DNA of 64,000 bases from Auanema rhodensis (Eukaryota; Animalia; Nematoda): assembly GCA_964057225.1 (NCBI GenBank), contig OZ059897.1, positions 1,488,001 through 1,552,000 on the forward strand, given 5' to 3'. Below, piece after piece: positions 38,959 through 53,698 of the stretch. How positions within the stretch are numbered: the first letter of the stretch is position 1; each line of letters begins with the position of its first letter. Under the pieces are notes generated by a model. The model was not told where the DNA came from and did not search any database. It worked only from the letters and a program-made list of their open reading frames with translations. A program made the translations under genes and the position numbers.

Positions 38959-41900
38959 TCACCCTGAAGAATTAATTTTTTCGTTGAATAACATTGTCCA
39001 TCGTCTTCGCCTTGAAAAAAGGAATTTAAAAACATCTACTTTTCGTGAAATTATTTTGAAATTTTTCGGGAAAATTTTTGTCAAAATGTTTTTGGAAGCA
39101 ATGTTGAGTGTACATGGAAACTCAACATACACTAATGCAACATTTTTCAAACAATCATAAATAATTTTGGTATTGAGCGTTTCTTAATGTATTATAGTGC
39201 ATTCGATACGGATTTTTAAGCTGCTTCGATCTGTGTTATCAGATTTGCGCTAGCTTAAAAATGCACCGAGATATCAACTGATATAAGTTCACACTTATAT
39301 CCTCGATTTTCACCCTGAAGAATTAATTTTTTCGTTGATTAACATTGTCCATCGTCTTTGCCTTGAAAAAAGGAATCTAAAAACATCTACTTTTCGTGAA
39401 ATTATTTTGAAATTTTTCGGGAAAATTTTTGTCAAAATGTTTTTGGAAGCAATGTTGAGTGTACATGGAAACTCAACATACACTAATGCAACATTTTTCA
39501 AACAATCATAAATAATTTTTGTATTGAGCGTTTCTGAATGTACTATAGTGCATTCGATGCGGATTTTTAAGCTGCTTCGATCTGTGTTATCAGATTTGCG
39601 CTAGCTTAAAAATGCACCGAGATATCAACTGATATAAGTTCACACTTATATCCTCGATTTTCACCCTGAAGAATTAATTTTTTTGTTGATTAACATTGTC
39701 CATCGTCTTTGCCTTGAAAAAAGGAATCTAAAAACATCTACTTTTTGTGAAATTATTTTGAATTTTTTGGCAAAATTTTTGTCAAAATGTTTTTGGAAGC
39801 AATGTTGAGTGTACATGGAAACTCAACATACACTAATGCATAATTTTTTAAACAATCATAACTAATTTTTGTATTGAGCGTTTCTTAATGTATTATAGTG
39901 CATTCGATGCGGATTTTTAAGCTGCGTCGATCTGTGTTATCAGATTTGAGTTAGCTTAAAAATGCACCGAGATATCAACTGATATAAGTTCACACTTATA
40001 TCCTCGATTTTCACCCTGAAGAATTAATTTTTTCGTTGAATAACATTGTCCATCGTCTTCGCCTTGAAAAAAGAAATCTAAAAACATCTACTTTTGGTAA
40101 AATTATTTTGAAATTTTTCAGGAAAATTTTTGTCAAAATGTTTTTGGAAGCAATGTTGAGTGTACATGGAAACTCAACATACACTAATGCAACATTTTTC
40201 AAACAATCATAAATAATTTTTGTATTGAGCGTTTCTTTATGTATTATAGTGCATTCGATACGGATTTTTAAGCTGCTTCGATCTGTGTTATCAGATTTGC
40301 GCTAGCTTAGAAATGCACCGAGATATCAACTGATATAAGTTCACACTTATATCCTCGATTTTCACCCTGAAGAATTAATTTTTTCGTTGAATAACATTGT
40401 CCATCGTCTTCGCCTTGAAAAAAGAAATCTAAAAACATCTACTTTTGGTAAAATTATTTTGAAATTTTTCAGGAAAATTTTTGTCAAAATGTTTTTGGAA
40501 TCAATGTTGAGTGTACATGGAAACTCAACATACACTAATGCAACATTTTTCAAACAATCATAAATAATTTTTGTATTGAGCGTTTCTTAATGTATTATAG
40601 TGCATTCGATACGGATTTTTAAGCTGCTTCGATCTGTGTTATCAGATTTGCGCTAGCTTAAAAATGCACCGAGATATCAACTGATATAAGTTCACACTTA
40701 TATCCTCGATTTTCACCCTGAAGAATTAATTTTTTCGTTGATTAACATTGTCCATCGTCTTTGCCTTGAAAAAAGGAATCTAAAAACATCTACTTTTTGT
40801 GAAATTATTTTGAAATTTTTTGGCAAAATTTTTGTCAAAATGTTTTTGGAAGCAATGTTGAGTGTACATGGAAACTCAACATACACTAATGCATAATTTT
40901 TTAAACAATCATAACTAATTTTTGTATTGAGCGTTTCTTAATGTATTATAGTGCATTCGATACGGATTTTTAAGCTGCTTCGATCTGTGTTATCAGATTT
41001 GCGCTAGCTTAAAAATGCACCGAGATATCAACTGATATAAGTTCACACTTATATCCTCGATTTTCACCCTGAAGAATTAATTTTTTCGTTGAATAACATT
41101 GTCCATCGTCTTCGCCTTGAAAAAAGAAATCTAAAAACATCTACTTTTGGTAAAATTATTTTGAAATTTTTCAGGAAAATTTTTGTCAAAATGTTTTTGG
41201 AATCAATGTTGAGTGTACATGGAAACTCAACATACACTAATGCAACATTTTTCAAACAATCATAAATAATTTTTGTATTGAGCGTTTCTTAATGTATTAT
41301 AGTGCATTCGATACGGATTTTTAAGCTGCTTCGATCTGTGTTATCAGATTTGCGCTAGCTTAAAAATGCACCGAGATATCAACTGATATAAGTTCACACT
41401 TATATCCTCGATTTTCACCCTGAAGAATTAATTTTTTCGTTGATTAACATTGTCCATCGTCTTTGCCTTGAAAAAAGGAATCTAAAAACATCTACTTTTT
41501 GTGAAATTATTTTGAAATTTTTTGGCAAAATTTTTGTCAAAATGTTTTTGGAAGCAATGTTGAGTGTACATGGAAACTCAACATACACTAATGCATAATT
41601 TTTTAAACAATCATAACTAATTTTTGTATTGAGCGTTTCTTAATGTATTATAGTGCATTCGATGCGGATTTTTAAGCTGCGTCGATCTGTGTTATCAGAT
41701 TTGAGTTAGCTTAAAAATGCACCGAGATATCAACTGATATAAGTTCACACTTATATCCTCGATTTTCACCCTGAAGAATTAATTTTTTCGTTGAATAACA
41801 TTGTCCATCGTCTTCGCCTTGAAAAAAGAAATCTAAAAACATCTACTTTTGGTAAAATTATTTTGAAATTTTTCAGGAAAATTTTTGTCAAAATGTTTTT

Positions 41901-44900
41901 GGAAGCAATGTTGAGTGTACATGGAAACTCAACATACACTAATGCAACATTTTTCAAACAATCTTAAATAATTTTTGTATTGAGCGTTTCTTTATGTATT
42001 ATAGTGCATTCGATACGGATTTTTAAGCTGCTTCGATCTGTGTTATCAGATTTGCGCTAGCTTAGAAATGCACCGAGATATCAACTGATATAAGTTCACA
42101 CTTATATCCTCGATTTTCACCCTGAAGAATTAATTTTTTCGTTGAATAACATTGTCCATCGTCTTCGCCTTGAAAAAAGAAATCTAAAAACATCTACTTT
42201 TGGTAAAATTATTTTGAAATTTTTCAGGAAAATTTTTGTCAAAATGTTTTTGGAATCAATGTTGAGTGTACATGGAAACTCAACATACACTAATGCAACA
42301 TTTTTCAAACAATCATAAATAATTTTTGTATTGAGCGTTTCTTAATGTATTATAGTGCATTCGATACGGATTTTTAAGCTGCTTCGATCTGTGTTATCAG
42401 ATTTGCGCTAGCTTAAAAATGCACCGAGATATCAACTGATATAAGTTCACACTTATATCCTCGATTTTCACCCTGAAGAATTAATTTTTTCGTTGATTAA
42501 CATTGTCCATCGTCTTTGCCTTGAAAAAAGGAATCTAAAAACATCTACTTTTTGTGAAATTATTTTGAAATTTTTTGGCAAAATTTTTGTCAAAATGTTT
42601 TTGGAAGCAATGTTGAGTGTACATGGAAACTCAACATACACTAATGCATCATTTTTCAAACAATCATAAATAATTTTTGTATTGAGCGTTTCTCAATGTG
42701 GTATAGTGCATTCGAAACAAATGTTTAAGCTGCGTCGATCTGTGTTATCAGATTTGCGCTAGCTTAAAAATGCACCGAGATATCAACTGATATAAGTTCA
42801 CACTTATATCCTCGATTTTCACCCTGAAGAATTAATTTTTTCGTTGAATAACATTGTCCATCGTCTTCGCCTTGAAAAAAGGAATTTAAAAACATCTACT
42901 TTTCGTGAAATTATTTTGAAATTTTTCGGGAAAATTTTTGTCAAAATGTTTTTGGAAGCAATGTTGAGTGTACATGGAAACTCAACATACACTAATGCAA
43001 CATTTTTCAAACAATCATAAATAATTTTGGTATTGAGCGTTTCTTAATGTATTATAGTGCAATCGATACGGATTTTTAAGCTGCTTCGATCTGTGTTATC
43101 AGATTTGCGCTAGCTTAAAAATGCACCGAGATATCAACTGATATAAGTTCACACTTATATCCTCGATTTTCACCCTGAAGAATTAATTTTTTCGTTGATT
43201 AACATTGTCCATCGTCTTTGCCTTGAAAAAAGGAATCTAAAAACATCTACTTTTCGTGAAATTATTTTGAAATTTTTCAGGAAAATTTTTGTCAAAATGT
43301 TTTTGGAATCAATGTTGAGTGTACATGGAAACTCAACATACACTAATGCAACATTTTTCAAACAATCATAAATAATTTTTGTATTGAGCGTTTCTTTATG
43401 TATTATAGTGCATTCGATACGGATTTTTAAGCTGCTTCGATCTGTGTTATCAGATTTGCGCTAGCTTAGAAATGCACCGAGATATCAACTGATATAAGTT
43501 CACACTTATATCCTCGATTTTCACCCTGAAGAATTAATTTTTTCGTTGAATAACATTGTCCATCGTCTTCGCCTTGAAAAAAGAAATCTAAAAACATCTA
43601 CTTTTGGTAAAATTATTTTGAAATTTTTCAGGAAAATTTTTGTCAAAATGTTTTTGGAAGCAATGTTGAGTGTACATGGAAACTCAACATACACTAATGC
43701 AACATTTTTCAAACAATCATAAATAATTTTTGTATTGAGCGTTTCTTTATGTATTATAGTGCATTCGATACGGAGTTTTAAGCTGCTTCGATCTGTGTTA
43801 TCAGATTTGCGCTAGCTTAAAAATGCACCGAGATATCAACTGATATAAGTTCACACTTATATCCTCGATTTTCACCCTGAAGAATTAATTTTTTCGTTGA
43901 TTAACATTGTCCATCGTCTTTGCCTTGAAAAAAGGAATCTAAAAACATCTACTTTTTGTGAAATTATTTTGAAATTTTTTGGCAAAATTTTTGTCAAAAT
44001 GTTTTTGGAAGCAATGTTGAGTGTACATGGAAACTCAACATACACTAATGCATAATTTTTTAAACAATCATAACTAATTTTTGTATTGAGCGTTTCTTAA
44101 TGTATTATAGTGCATTCGATGCGGATTTTTAAGCTGCGTCGATCTGTGTTATCAGATTTGAGTTAGCTTAAAAATGCACCGAGATATCAACTGATATAAG
44201 TTCACACTTATATCCTCGATTTTCACCCTGAAGAATTAATTTTTTCGTTGAATAACATTGTCCATCGTCTTCGCCTTGAAAAAAGAAATCTAAAAACATC
44301 TACTTTTGGTAAAATTATTTTGAAATTTTTCAGGAAAATTTTTGTCAAAATGTTTTTGGAAGCAATGTTGAGTGTACATGGAAACTCAACATACACTAAT
44401 GCAACATTTTTCAAACAATCATAAATAATTTTTGTATTGAGCGTTTCTTAATGTATTATAGTGCATTCGATACGGATTTTTAAGCTGCTTCGATCTGTGT
44501 TATCAGATTTGCGCTAGCTTAGAAATGCACCGAGATATCAACTGATATAAGTTCACACTTATATCCTCGATTTTCACCCTGAAGAATTAATTTTTTCGTT
44601 GAATAACATTGTCCATCGTCTTCGCCTTGAAAAAAGGAATTTAAAAACATCTACTTTTCGTGAAATTATTTTGAAATTTTTCGGGAAAATTTTTGTCAAA
44701 ATGTTTTTGGAAGCAATGTTGAGTGTACATGGAAACTCAACATACACTAATGCAACATTTTTCAAACAATCATAAATAATTTTTGTATTGAGCGTTTCTT
44801 AATGTATTATAGTGCATTCGATGCGGATTTTAAAGCTGCGTCGATCTGTATTATCAGATTTGAGTTAGCTTAAAAATGCACCGAGATATCAACTGATATA

Positions 44901-47900
44901 AGTTCACACTTATATCCTCGATTTTCACCCTGAAGAATTAATTTTTTCGTTGAATAACATTGTCCATCGTCTTCGCCTTGAAAAAAGGAATTTAAAAACA
45001 TCTACTTTTCGTGAAATTATTTTGAAATTTTTCGGGAAAATTTTTGTCAAAATGTTTTTGGAAGCAATGTTGAGTGTACATGGAAACTCAACATACACTA
45101 ATGCAACATTTTTCAAACAATCATAAATAATTTTTGTATTGAGCGTTTCTTAATGTATTATAGTGCATTCGATACGGATTTTTAAGCTGCTTCGATCTGT
45201 GTTATCAGATTTGCGCTAGCTTAGAAATGCACCGAGATATCAACTGATATAAGTTCACACTTATATCCTCGATTTTCACCCTGAAGAATTAATTTTTTCG
45301 TTGAATAACATTGTCCATCGTCTTTGCCTTGAAAAAAGAAATCTAAAAACATCTACTTTTGGTAAAATTATTTTGAAATTTTTCAGGAAAATTTTTGTCA
45401 AAATGTTTTTGGAAGCAATGTTGAGTGTACATGGAAACTCAACATACACTAATGCAACATTTTTCAAACAATCATAAATAATTTTTGTATTGAGCGTTTC
45501 TTAATGTATTATAGTGCATTCGATGCGGATTTTAAAGCTGCGTCGATCTGTATTATCAGATTTGAGTTAGCTTAAAAATGCACCGAGATATCAACTGATA
45601 TAAGTTCACACTTATATCCTCGATTTTCACCCTGAAGAATTAATTTTTTCGTTGAATAACATTGTCCATCGTCTTCGCCTTGAAAAAAGGAATTTAAAAA
45701 CATCTACTTTTCGTGAAATTATTTTGAAATTTTTCGGGAAAATTTTTGTCAAAATGTTTTTGGAAGCAATGTTGAGTGTACATGGAAACTCAACATACAC
45801 TAATGCAACATTTTTCAAACAATCATAAATAATTTTTGTATTGAGCGTTTCTTAATGTATTATAGTGCATTCGATACGGATTTTTAAGCTGCTTCGATCT
45901 GTGTTATCAGATTTGCGCTAGCTTAGAAATGCACCGAGATATCAACTGATATAAGTTCACACTTATATCCTCGATTTTCACCCTGAAGAATTAATTTTTT
46001 CGTTGAATAACATTGTCCATCGTCTTTGCCTTGAAAAAAGAAATCTAAAAACATCTACTTTTGGTAAAATTATTTTGAAATTTTTCAGGAAAATTTTTGT
46101 CAAAATGTTTTTGGAAGCAATGTTGAGTGTACATGGAAACTCAACATACACTAATGCAACATTTTTCAAACAATCATAAATAATTTTTGTATTGAGCGTT
46201 TCTTTATGTATTATAGTGCATTCGATACGGAGTTTTAAGCTGCTTCGATCTGTGTTATCAGATTTGCGCTAGCTTAAAAATGCACCGAGATATCAACTGA
46301 TATAAGTTCACACTTATATCCTCGATTTTCACCCTGAAGAATTAATTTTTTCGTTGATTAACATTGTCCATCGTCTTTGCCTTGAAAAAAGGAATCTAAA
46401 AACATCTACTTTTTGTGAAATTATTTTGAAATTTTTTGGCAAAATTTTTGTCAAAATGTTTTTGGAAGCAATGTTGAGTGTACATGGAAACTCAACATAC
46501 ACTAATGCATAATTTTTTAAACAATCATAACTAATTTTTGTATTGAGCGTTTCTTAATGTATTATAGTGCATTCGATGCGGATTTTTAAGCTGCGTCGAT
46601 CTGTGTTATCAGATTTGAGTTAGCTTAAAAATGCACCGAGATATCAACTGATATAAGTTCACACTTATATCCTCGATTTTCACCCTGAAGAATTAATTTT
46701 TTCGTTGAATAACATTGTCCATCGTCTTCGCCTTGAAAAAAGAAATCTAAAAACATCTACTTTTGGTAAAATTATTTTGAAATTTTTCAGGAAAATTTTT
46801 GTCAAAATGTTTTTGGAATCAATGTTGAGTGTACATGGAAACTCAACATACACTAATGCAACATTTTTCAAACAATCATAAATAATTTTTGTATTGAGCG
46901 TTTCTTAATGTATTATAGTGCATTCGATACGGATTTTTAAGCTGCTTCGATCTGTGTTATCAGATTTGCGCTAGCTTAGAAATGCACCGAGATATCAACT
47001 GATATAAGTTCACACTTATATCCTCGATTTTCACCCTGAAGAATTAATTTTTTCGTTGAATAACATTGTCCATCGTCTTCGCCTTGAAAAAAGGAATTTA
47101 AAAACATCTACTTTTCGTGAAATTATTTTGAAATTTTTCGGGAAAATTTTTGTCAAAATGTTTTTGGAAGCAATGTTGAGTGTACATGGAAACTCAACAT
47201 ACACTAATGCAACATTTTTCAAACAATCATAAATAATTTTTGTATTGAGCGTTTCTTAATGTATTATAGTGCATTCGATGCGGATTTTAAAGCTGCGTCG
47301 ATCTGTGTTATCAGATTTGAGTTAGCTTAAAAATGCACCGAGATATCAACTGATATAAGTTCACACTTATATCCTCGATTTTCACCCTGAAGAATTAATT
47401 TTTTCGTTGAATAACATTGTCCATCGTCTTCGCCTTGAAAAAAGGAATTTAAAAACATCTACTTTTCGTGAAATTATTTTGAAATTTTTCGGGAAAATTT
47501 TTGTCAAAATGTTTTTGGAAGCAATGTTGAGTGTACATGGAAACTCAACATACACTAATGCAACATTTTTCAAACGATCATAACTAATTTTTGTATTGAG
47601 CGTTTCTGAATGTATTATAGTGCATTCGATGCGGATTTTTAAGCTGCTTCGATCTGTGTTATCAGATTTGCGCTAGCTTAAAAATTCACCGAGATATCAA
47701 CTGATATAAGTTCACACTTATATCCTCGATTTTCACCCTGAAGAATTAATTTTTTCGTTGATTAACATTGTCCATCGTCTTTGCCTTAAAAAAAGGAATC
47801 TAAAAACATCTACTTTTTGTGAAATTATTTTGAAATTTTTTGGCAAAATTTTTGTCAAAATGTTTTTGGAAGCAATGTTGAGTGTACATGGAAACTCAAC

Positions 47901-50900
47901 ATACACTAATGCATAATTTTTTAAACAATCATAACTAATTTTTGTATTGAGCGTTTCTTAATGTATTATAGTGCATTCGATGCGGATTTTTAAGCTGCGT
48001 CGATCTGTGTTATCAGATTTGAGTTAGCTTAAAAATGCACCGAGATATCAACTGATATAAGTTCACACTTATATCCTCGATTTTCACCCTGAAGAATTAA
48101 TTTTTTCGTTGAATAACATTGTCCATCGTCTTCGCCTTGAAAAAAGAAATCTAAAAACATCTACTTTTGGTAAAATTATTTTGAAATTTTTCAGGAAAAT
48201 TTTTGTCAAAATGTTTTTGGAATCAATGTTGAGTGTACATGGAAACTCAACATACACTAATGCAACATTTTTCAAACAATCATAAATAATTTTTGTATTG
48301 AGCGTTTCTTTATGTATTATAGTGCATTCGATACGGATTTTTAAGCTGCTTCGATCTGTGTTATCAGATTTGCGCTAGCTTAGAAATGCACCGAGATATC
48401 AACTGATATAAGTTCACACTTATATCCTCGATTTTCACCCTGAAGAATTAATTTTTTCGTTGAATAACATTGTCCATCGTCTTCGCCTTGAAAAAAGAAA
48501 TCTAAAAACATCTACTTTTGGTGAAATTATTTTGAAATTTTTCAGGAAAATTTTTGTCAAAATGTTTTTGGAATCAATGTTGAGTGTACATGGAAACTCA
48601 ACATACACTAATGCAACATTTTTCAAACAATCATAAATAATTTTTGTATTGAGCGTTTCTTAATGTATTATAGTGCATTCGATACGGATTTTTAAGCTGC
48701 TTCGATCTGTGTTATCAGATTTGCGCTAGCTTAGAAATGCACCGAGATATCAACTGATATAAGTTCACACTTATATCCTCGATTTTCACCCTGAAGAATT
48801 AATTTTTTCGTTGAATAACATTGTCCATCGTCTTCGCCTTGAAAAAAGGAATTTAAAAACATCTACTTTTCGTGAAATTATTTTGAAATTTTTCGGGAAA
48901 ATTTTTGTCAAAATGTTTTTGGAAGCAATGTTGAGTGTACATGGAAACTCAACATACACTAATGCAACATTTTTCAAACGATCATAACTAATTTTTGTAT
49001 TGAGCGTTTCTGAATGTATTATAGTGCATTCGATGCGGATTTTTAAGCTGCTTCGATCTGTGTTATCAGATTTGCGCTAGCTTAAAAATGCACCGAGATA
49101 TCAACTGATATAAGTTCACACTTATATCCTCGATTTTCACCCTGAAGAATTAATTTTTTCGTTGATTAACATTGTCCATCGTCTTTGCCTTGAAAAAAGG
49201 AATCTAAAAACATCTACTTTTTGTGAAATTATTTTGAAATTTTTTGGCAAATTTTTGTCAAAATGTTTTTGGAAGCAATGTTGAGTGTACATGGAAACTC
49301 AACATACACTAATGCATAATTTTTTAAACAATCATAACTAATTTTTGTATTGAGCGTTTCTTAATGTATTATAGTGCATTCGATGCGGATTTTTAAGCTG
49401 CGTCGATCTGTGTTATCAGATTTGAGTTAGCTTAAAAATGCACCGAGATATCAACTGATATAAGTTCACACTTATATCCTCGATTTTCACCCTGAAGAAT
49501 TAATTTTTTCGTTGAATAACATTGTCCATCGTCTTCGCCTTGAAAAAAGAAATCTAAAAACATCTACTTTTGGTAAAATTATTTTGAAATTTTTCAGGAA
49601 AATTTTTGTCAAAATGTTTTTGGAATCAATGTTGAGTGTACATGGAAACTCAACATACACTAATGCAACATTTTTCAAACAATCATAAATAATTTTTGTA
49701 TTGAGCGTTTCTTAATGTATTATAGTGCATTCGATACGGATTTTTAAGCTGCTTCGATCTGTGTTATCAGATTTGCGCTAGCTTAGAAATGCACCGAGAT
49801 ATCAACTGATATAAGTTCACACTTATATCCTCGATTTTCACCCTGAAGAATTAATTTTTTCGTTGAATAACATTGTCCATCGTCTTCGCCTTGAAAAAAG
49901 GAATTTAAAAACATCTACTTTTTGTGAAATTATTTTGAAATTTTTCGGGAAAATTTTTGTCAAAATGTTTTTGGAAGCAATGTTGAGTGTACATGGAAAC
50001 TCAACATACACTAATGCAACATTTTTCAAACAATCATAAATAATTTTTGTATTGAGCGTTTCTTAATGTATTATAGTGCATTCGATACGGATTTTTAAGC
50101 TGCTTCGATCTGTGTTATCAGATTTGCGCTAGCTTAAAAATGCACCGAGATATCAACTGATATAAGTTCACACTTATATCCTCGATTTTCACCCTGAAGA
50201 ATTAATTTTTTCGTTGAATAACATTGTCCATCGTCTTCGCCTTGAAAAAAGAAATCTAAAAACATCTACTTTTGGTAAAATTATTTTGAAATTTTTCAGG
50301 AAAATTTTTGTCAAAATGTTTTTGGAATCAATGTTGAGTGTACATGGAAACTCAACATACACTAATGCAACATTTTTCAAACAATCATAAATAACTTTTG
50401 TATTGAGCGTTTCTTAATGTATTATAGTGCATTCGATGCGGATTTTAAAGCTGCGTCTATCTGTGTTATCAGATTTGAGTTAGCTTAAAAATGCACCGAG
50501 ATATCAACTGATATAAGTTCACACTTATATCCTCGATTTTCACCCTGAAGAATTAATTTTTTCGTTGAATAAAATTGTCCATCGTCTTCGCCTTGAAAAA
50601 AGAAATCTAAAAACATCTACTTTTGGTAAAATTATTTTGAAATTTTTCAGGAAAATTTTTGTCAAAATGTTTTTGGAATCAATGTTGAGTGTACATGGAA
50701 ACTCAACATACACTAATGCAACATTTTTCAAACAATCATAAATAATTTTTGTATTGAGCGTTTCTTAATGTATTATAGTGCATTCGATACGGATTTTTAA
50801 GCTGCTTCGATCTGTGTTATCAGATTTGCGCTAGCTTAGAAATGCACCGAGATATCAACTGATATAAGTTCACACTTATATCCTCGATTTTCACCCTGAA

Positions 50901-53698
50901 GAATTAATTTTTTCGTTGAATAACATTGTCCATTGTCTTCGCCTTGAAAAAAGAAATCTAAAAACATCTACTTTTGGTAAAATTATTTTGAAATTTTTCG
51001 GGAAAATTTTTGTCAAAATGTTTTTGGAAGCAATGTTGAGTGTACATGGAAACTCAACATACACTAATGCAACATTTTTCAAACAATCATAAATAATTTT
51101 TGTATTGAGCGTTTCTTAATGTATTATAGTGCATTCGATACGGATTTTTAAGCTGCTTCGATCTGTGTTATCAGATTTGCGCTAGCTTAAAAATGCACCG
51201 AGATATCAACTGATATAAGTTCACACTTATATCCTCGATTTTCACCCTGAAGAATTAATTTTTTCGTTGATTAACATTGTCCATCGTCTTTGCCTTGAAA
51301 AAAGGAATCTAAAAACATCTACTTTTCGTGAAATTATTTTGAAATTTTTCGGGAAAATTTTTGTCAAAATGTTTTTGGAAGCAATGTTGAGTGTACATGG
51401 AAACTCAACATACACTAATGCAACATTTTTCAAACAATCATAAATAATTTTTGTATTGAGCGTTTCTTAATGTATTATAGTGCATTCGATGCGGATTTTA
51501 AAGCTGCGTCTATCTGTGTTATCAGATTTGAGTTAGCTTAAAAATGCACCGAGATATCAACTGATATAAGTTCACACTTATATCCTCGATTTTCACCCTG
51601 AAGAATTAATTTTTTCGTTGAATAACATTGTCCATCGTCTTCGCCTTGAAAAAAGAAATCTAAAAACATCTACTTTTGGTAAAATTATTTTGAAATTTTT
51701 CAGGAAAATTTTTGTCAAAATGTTTTTGGAATCAATGTTGAGTGTACATGGAAACTCAACATACACTAATGCAACATTTTTCAAACAATCATAAATAATT
51801 TTTGTATTGAGCGTTTCTTAATGTATTATAGTGCATTCGATACGGATTTTTAAGCTGCTTCGATCTGTGTTATCAGATTTGCGCTAGCTTAGAAATGCAC
51901 CGAGATATCAACTGATATAAGTTCACACTTATATCCTCGATTTTCACCCTGAAGAATTAATTTTTTCGTTGAATAACATTGTCCATCGTCTTCGCCTTGA
52001 AAAAAGGAATTTAAAAACATCTACTTTTCATGAAATTATTTTGAAATTTTTCGGGAAAATTTTTGTCAAAATGTTTTTGGAAGCAATGTTGAGTGTACAT
52101 GGAAACTCAACATACACTAATGCAACATTTTTCAAACGATCATAACTAATTTTTGTATTGAGCGTTTCTGAATGTATTATAGTGCATTCGATACGGATTT
52201 TTAAGCTGCTTCGATCTGTGTTATCAGATTTGCGCTAGCTTAAAAATGCACCGAGATATCAACTGATATAAGTTCACACTTATATCCTCGATTTTCACCC
52301 TGAAGAATTAATTTTTTCGTTGATTAACATTGTCCATCGTCTTTGCCTTGAAAAAAGGAATCTAAAAACATCTACTTTTTGTGAAATTATTTTGAAATTT
52401 TTTGGCAAAATTTTTGTCAAAATGTTTTTGGAAGCAATGTTGAGTGTACATGGAAACTCAACATACACTAATGCATAATTTTTTAAACAATCATAACTAA
52501 TTTTTGTATTGAGCGTTTCTTAATGTATTATAGTGCATTCGATGCGGATTTTTAAGCTGCGTCGATCTGTGTTATCAGATTTGAGTTAGCTTAAAAATGC
52601 ACCGAGATATCAACTGATATAAGTTCACACTTATATCCTCGATTTTCACCCTGAAGAATTAATTTTTTCGTTGAATAACATTGTCCATCGTCTTCGCCTT
52701 GAAAAAAGAAATCTAAAAACATCTACTTTTGGTAAAATTATTTTGAAATTTTTCAGGAAAATTTTTGTCAAAATGTTTTTGGAATCAATGTTGAGTGTAC
52801 ATGGAAACTCAACATACACTAATGCAACATTTTTCAAACAATCATAAATAATTTTTGTATTGAGCGTTTCTTAATGTATTATAGTGCATTCGATACGGAT
52901 TTTTAAGCTGCTTCGATCTGTGTTATCAGATTTGCGCTAGCTTAGAAATGCACCGAGATATCAACTGATATAAGTTCACACTTATATCCTCGATTTTCAC
53001 CCTGAAGAATTAATTTTTTCGTTGAATAACATTGTCCATCGTCTTCGCCTTGAAAAAAGGAATTTAAAAACATCTACTTTTCGTGAAATTATTTTGAAAT
53101 TTTTCGGGAAAATTTTTGTCAAAATGTTTTTGGAAGCAATGTTGAGTGTACATGGAAACTCAACATACACTAATGCAACATTTTTCAAACAATCATAAAT
53201 AATTTTTGTATTGAGCGTTTCTTAATGTATTATAGTGCATTCGATACGGATTTTTAAGCTGCTTCGATCTGTGTTATCAGATTTGCGCTAGCTTAAAAAT
53301 GCACCGAGATATCAACTGATATAAGTTCACACTTATATCCTCGATTTTCACCCTGAAGAATTAATTTTTTCGTTGATTAACATTGTCCATCGTCTTTGCC
53401 TTGAAAAAAGGAATCTAAAAACATCTACTTTTCGTGAAATTATTTTGAAATTTTTCGGGAAAATTTTTGTCAAAATGTTTTTGGAAGCAATGTTGAGTGT
53501 ACATGGAAACTCAACATACACTAATGCAACATTTTTCAAACAATCATAAATAATTTTTGTATTGAGCGTTTCTTAATGTATTATAGTGCATTCGATGCGG
53601 ATTTTAAAGCTGCGTCGATCTGTGTTATCAGATTTGAGTTAGCTTAAAAATGCACCGAGATATCAACTGATATAAGTTCACACATATATCCTCGATTT

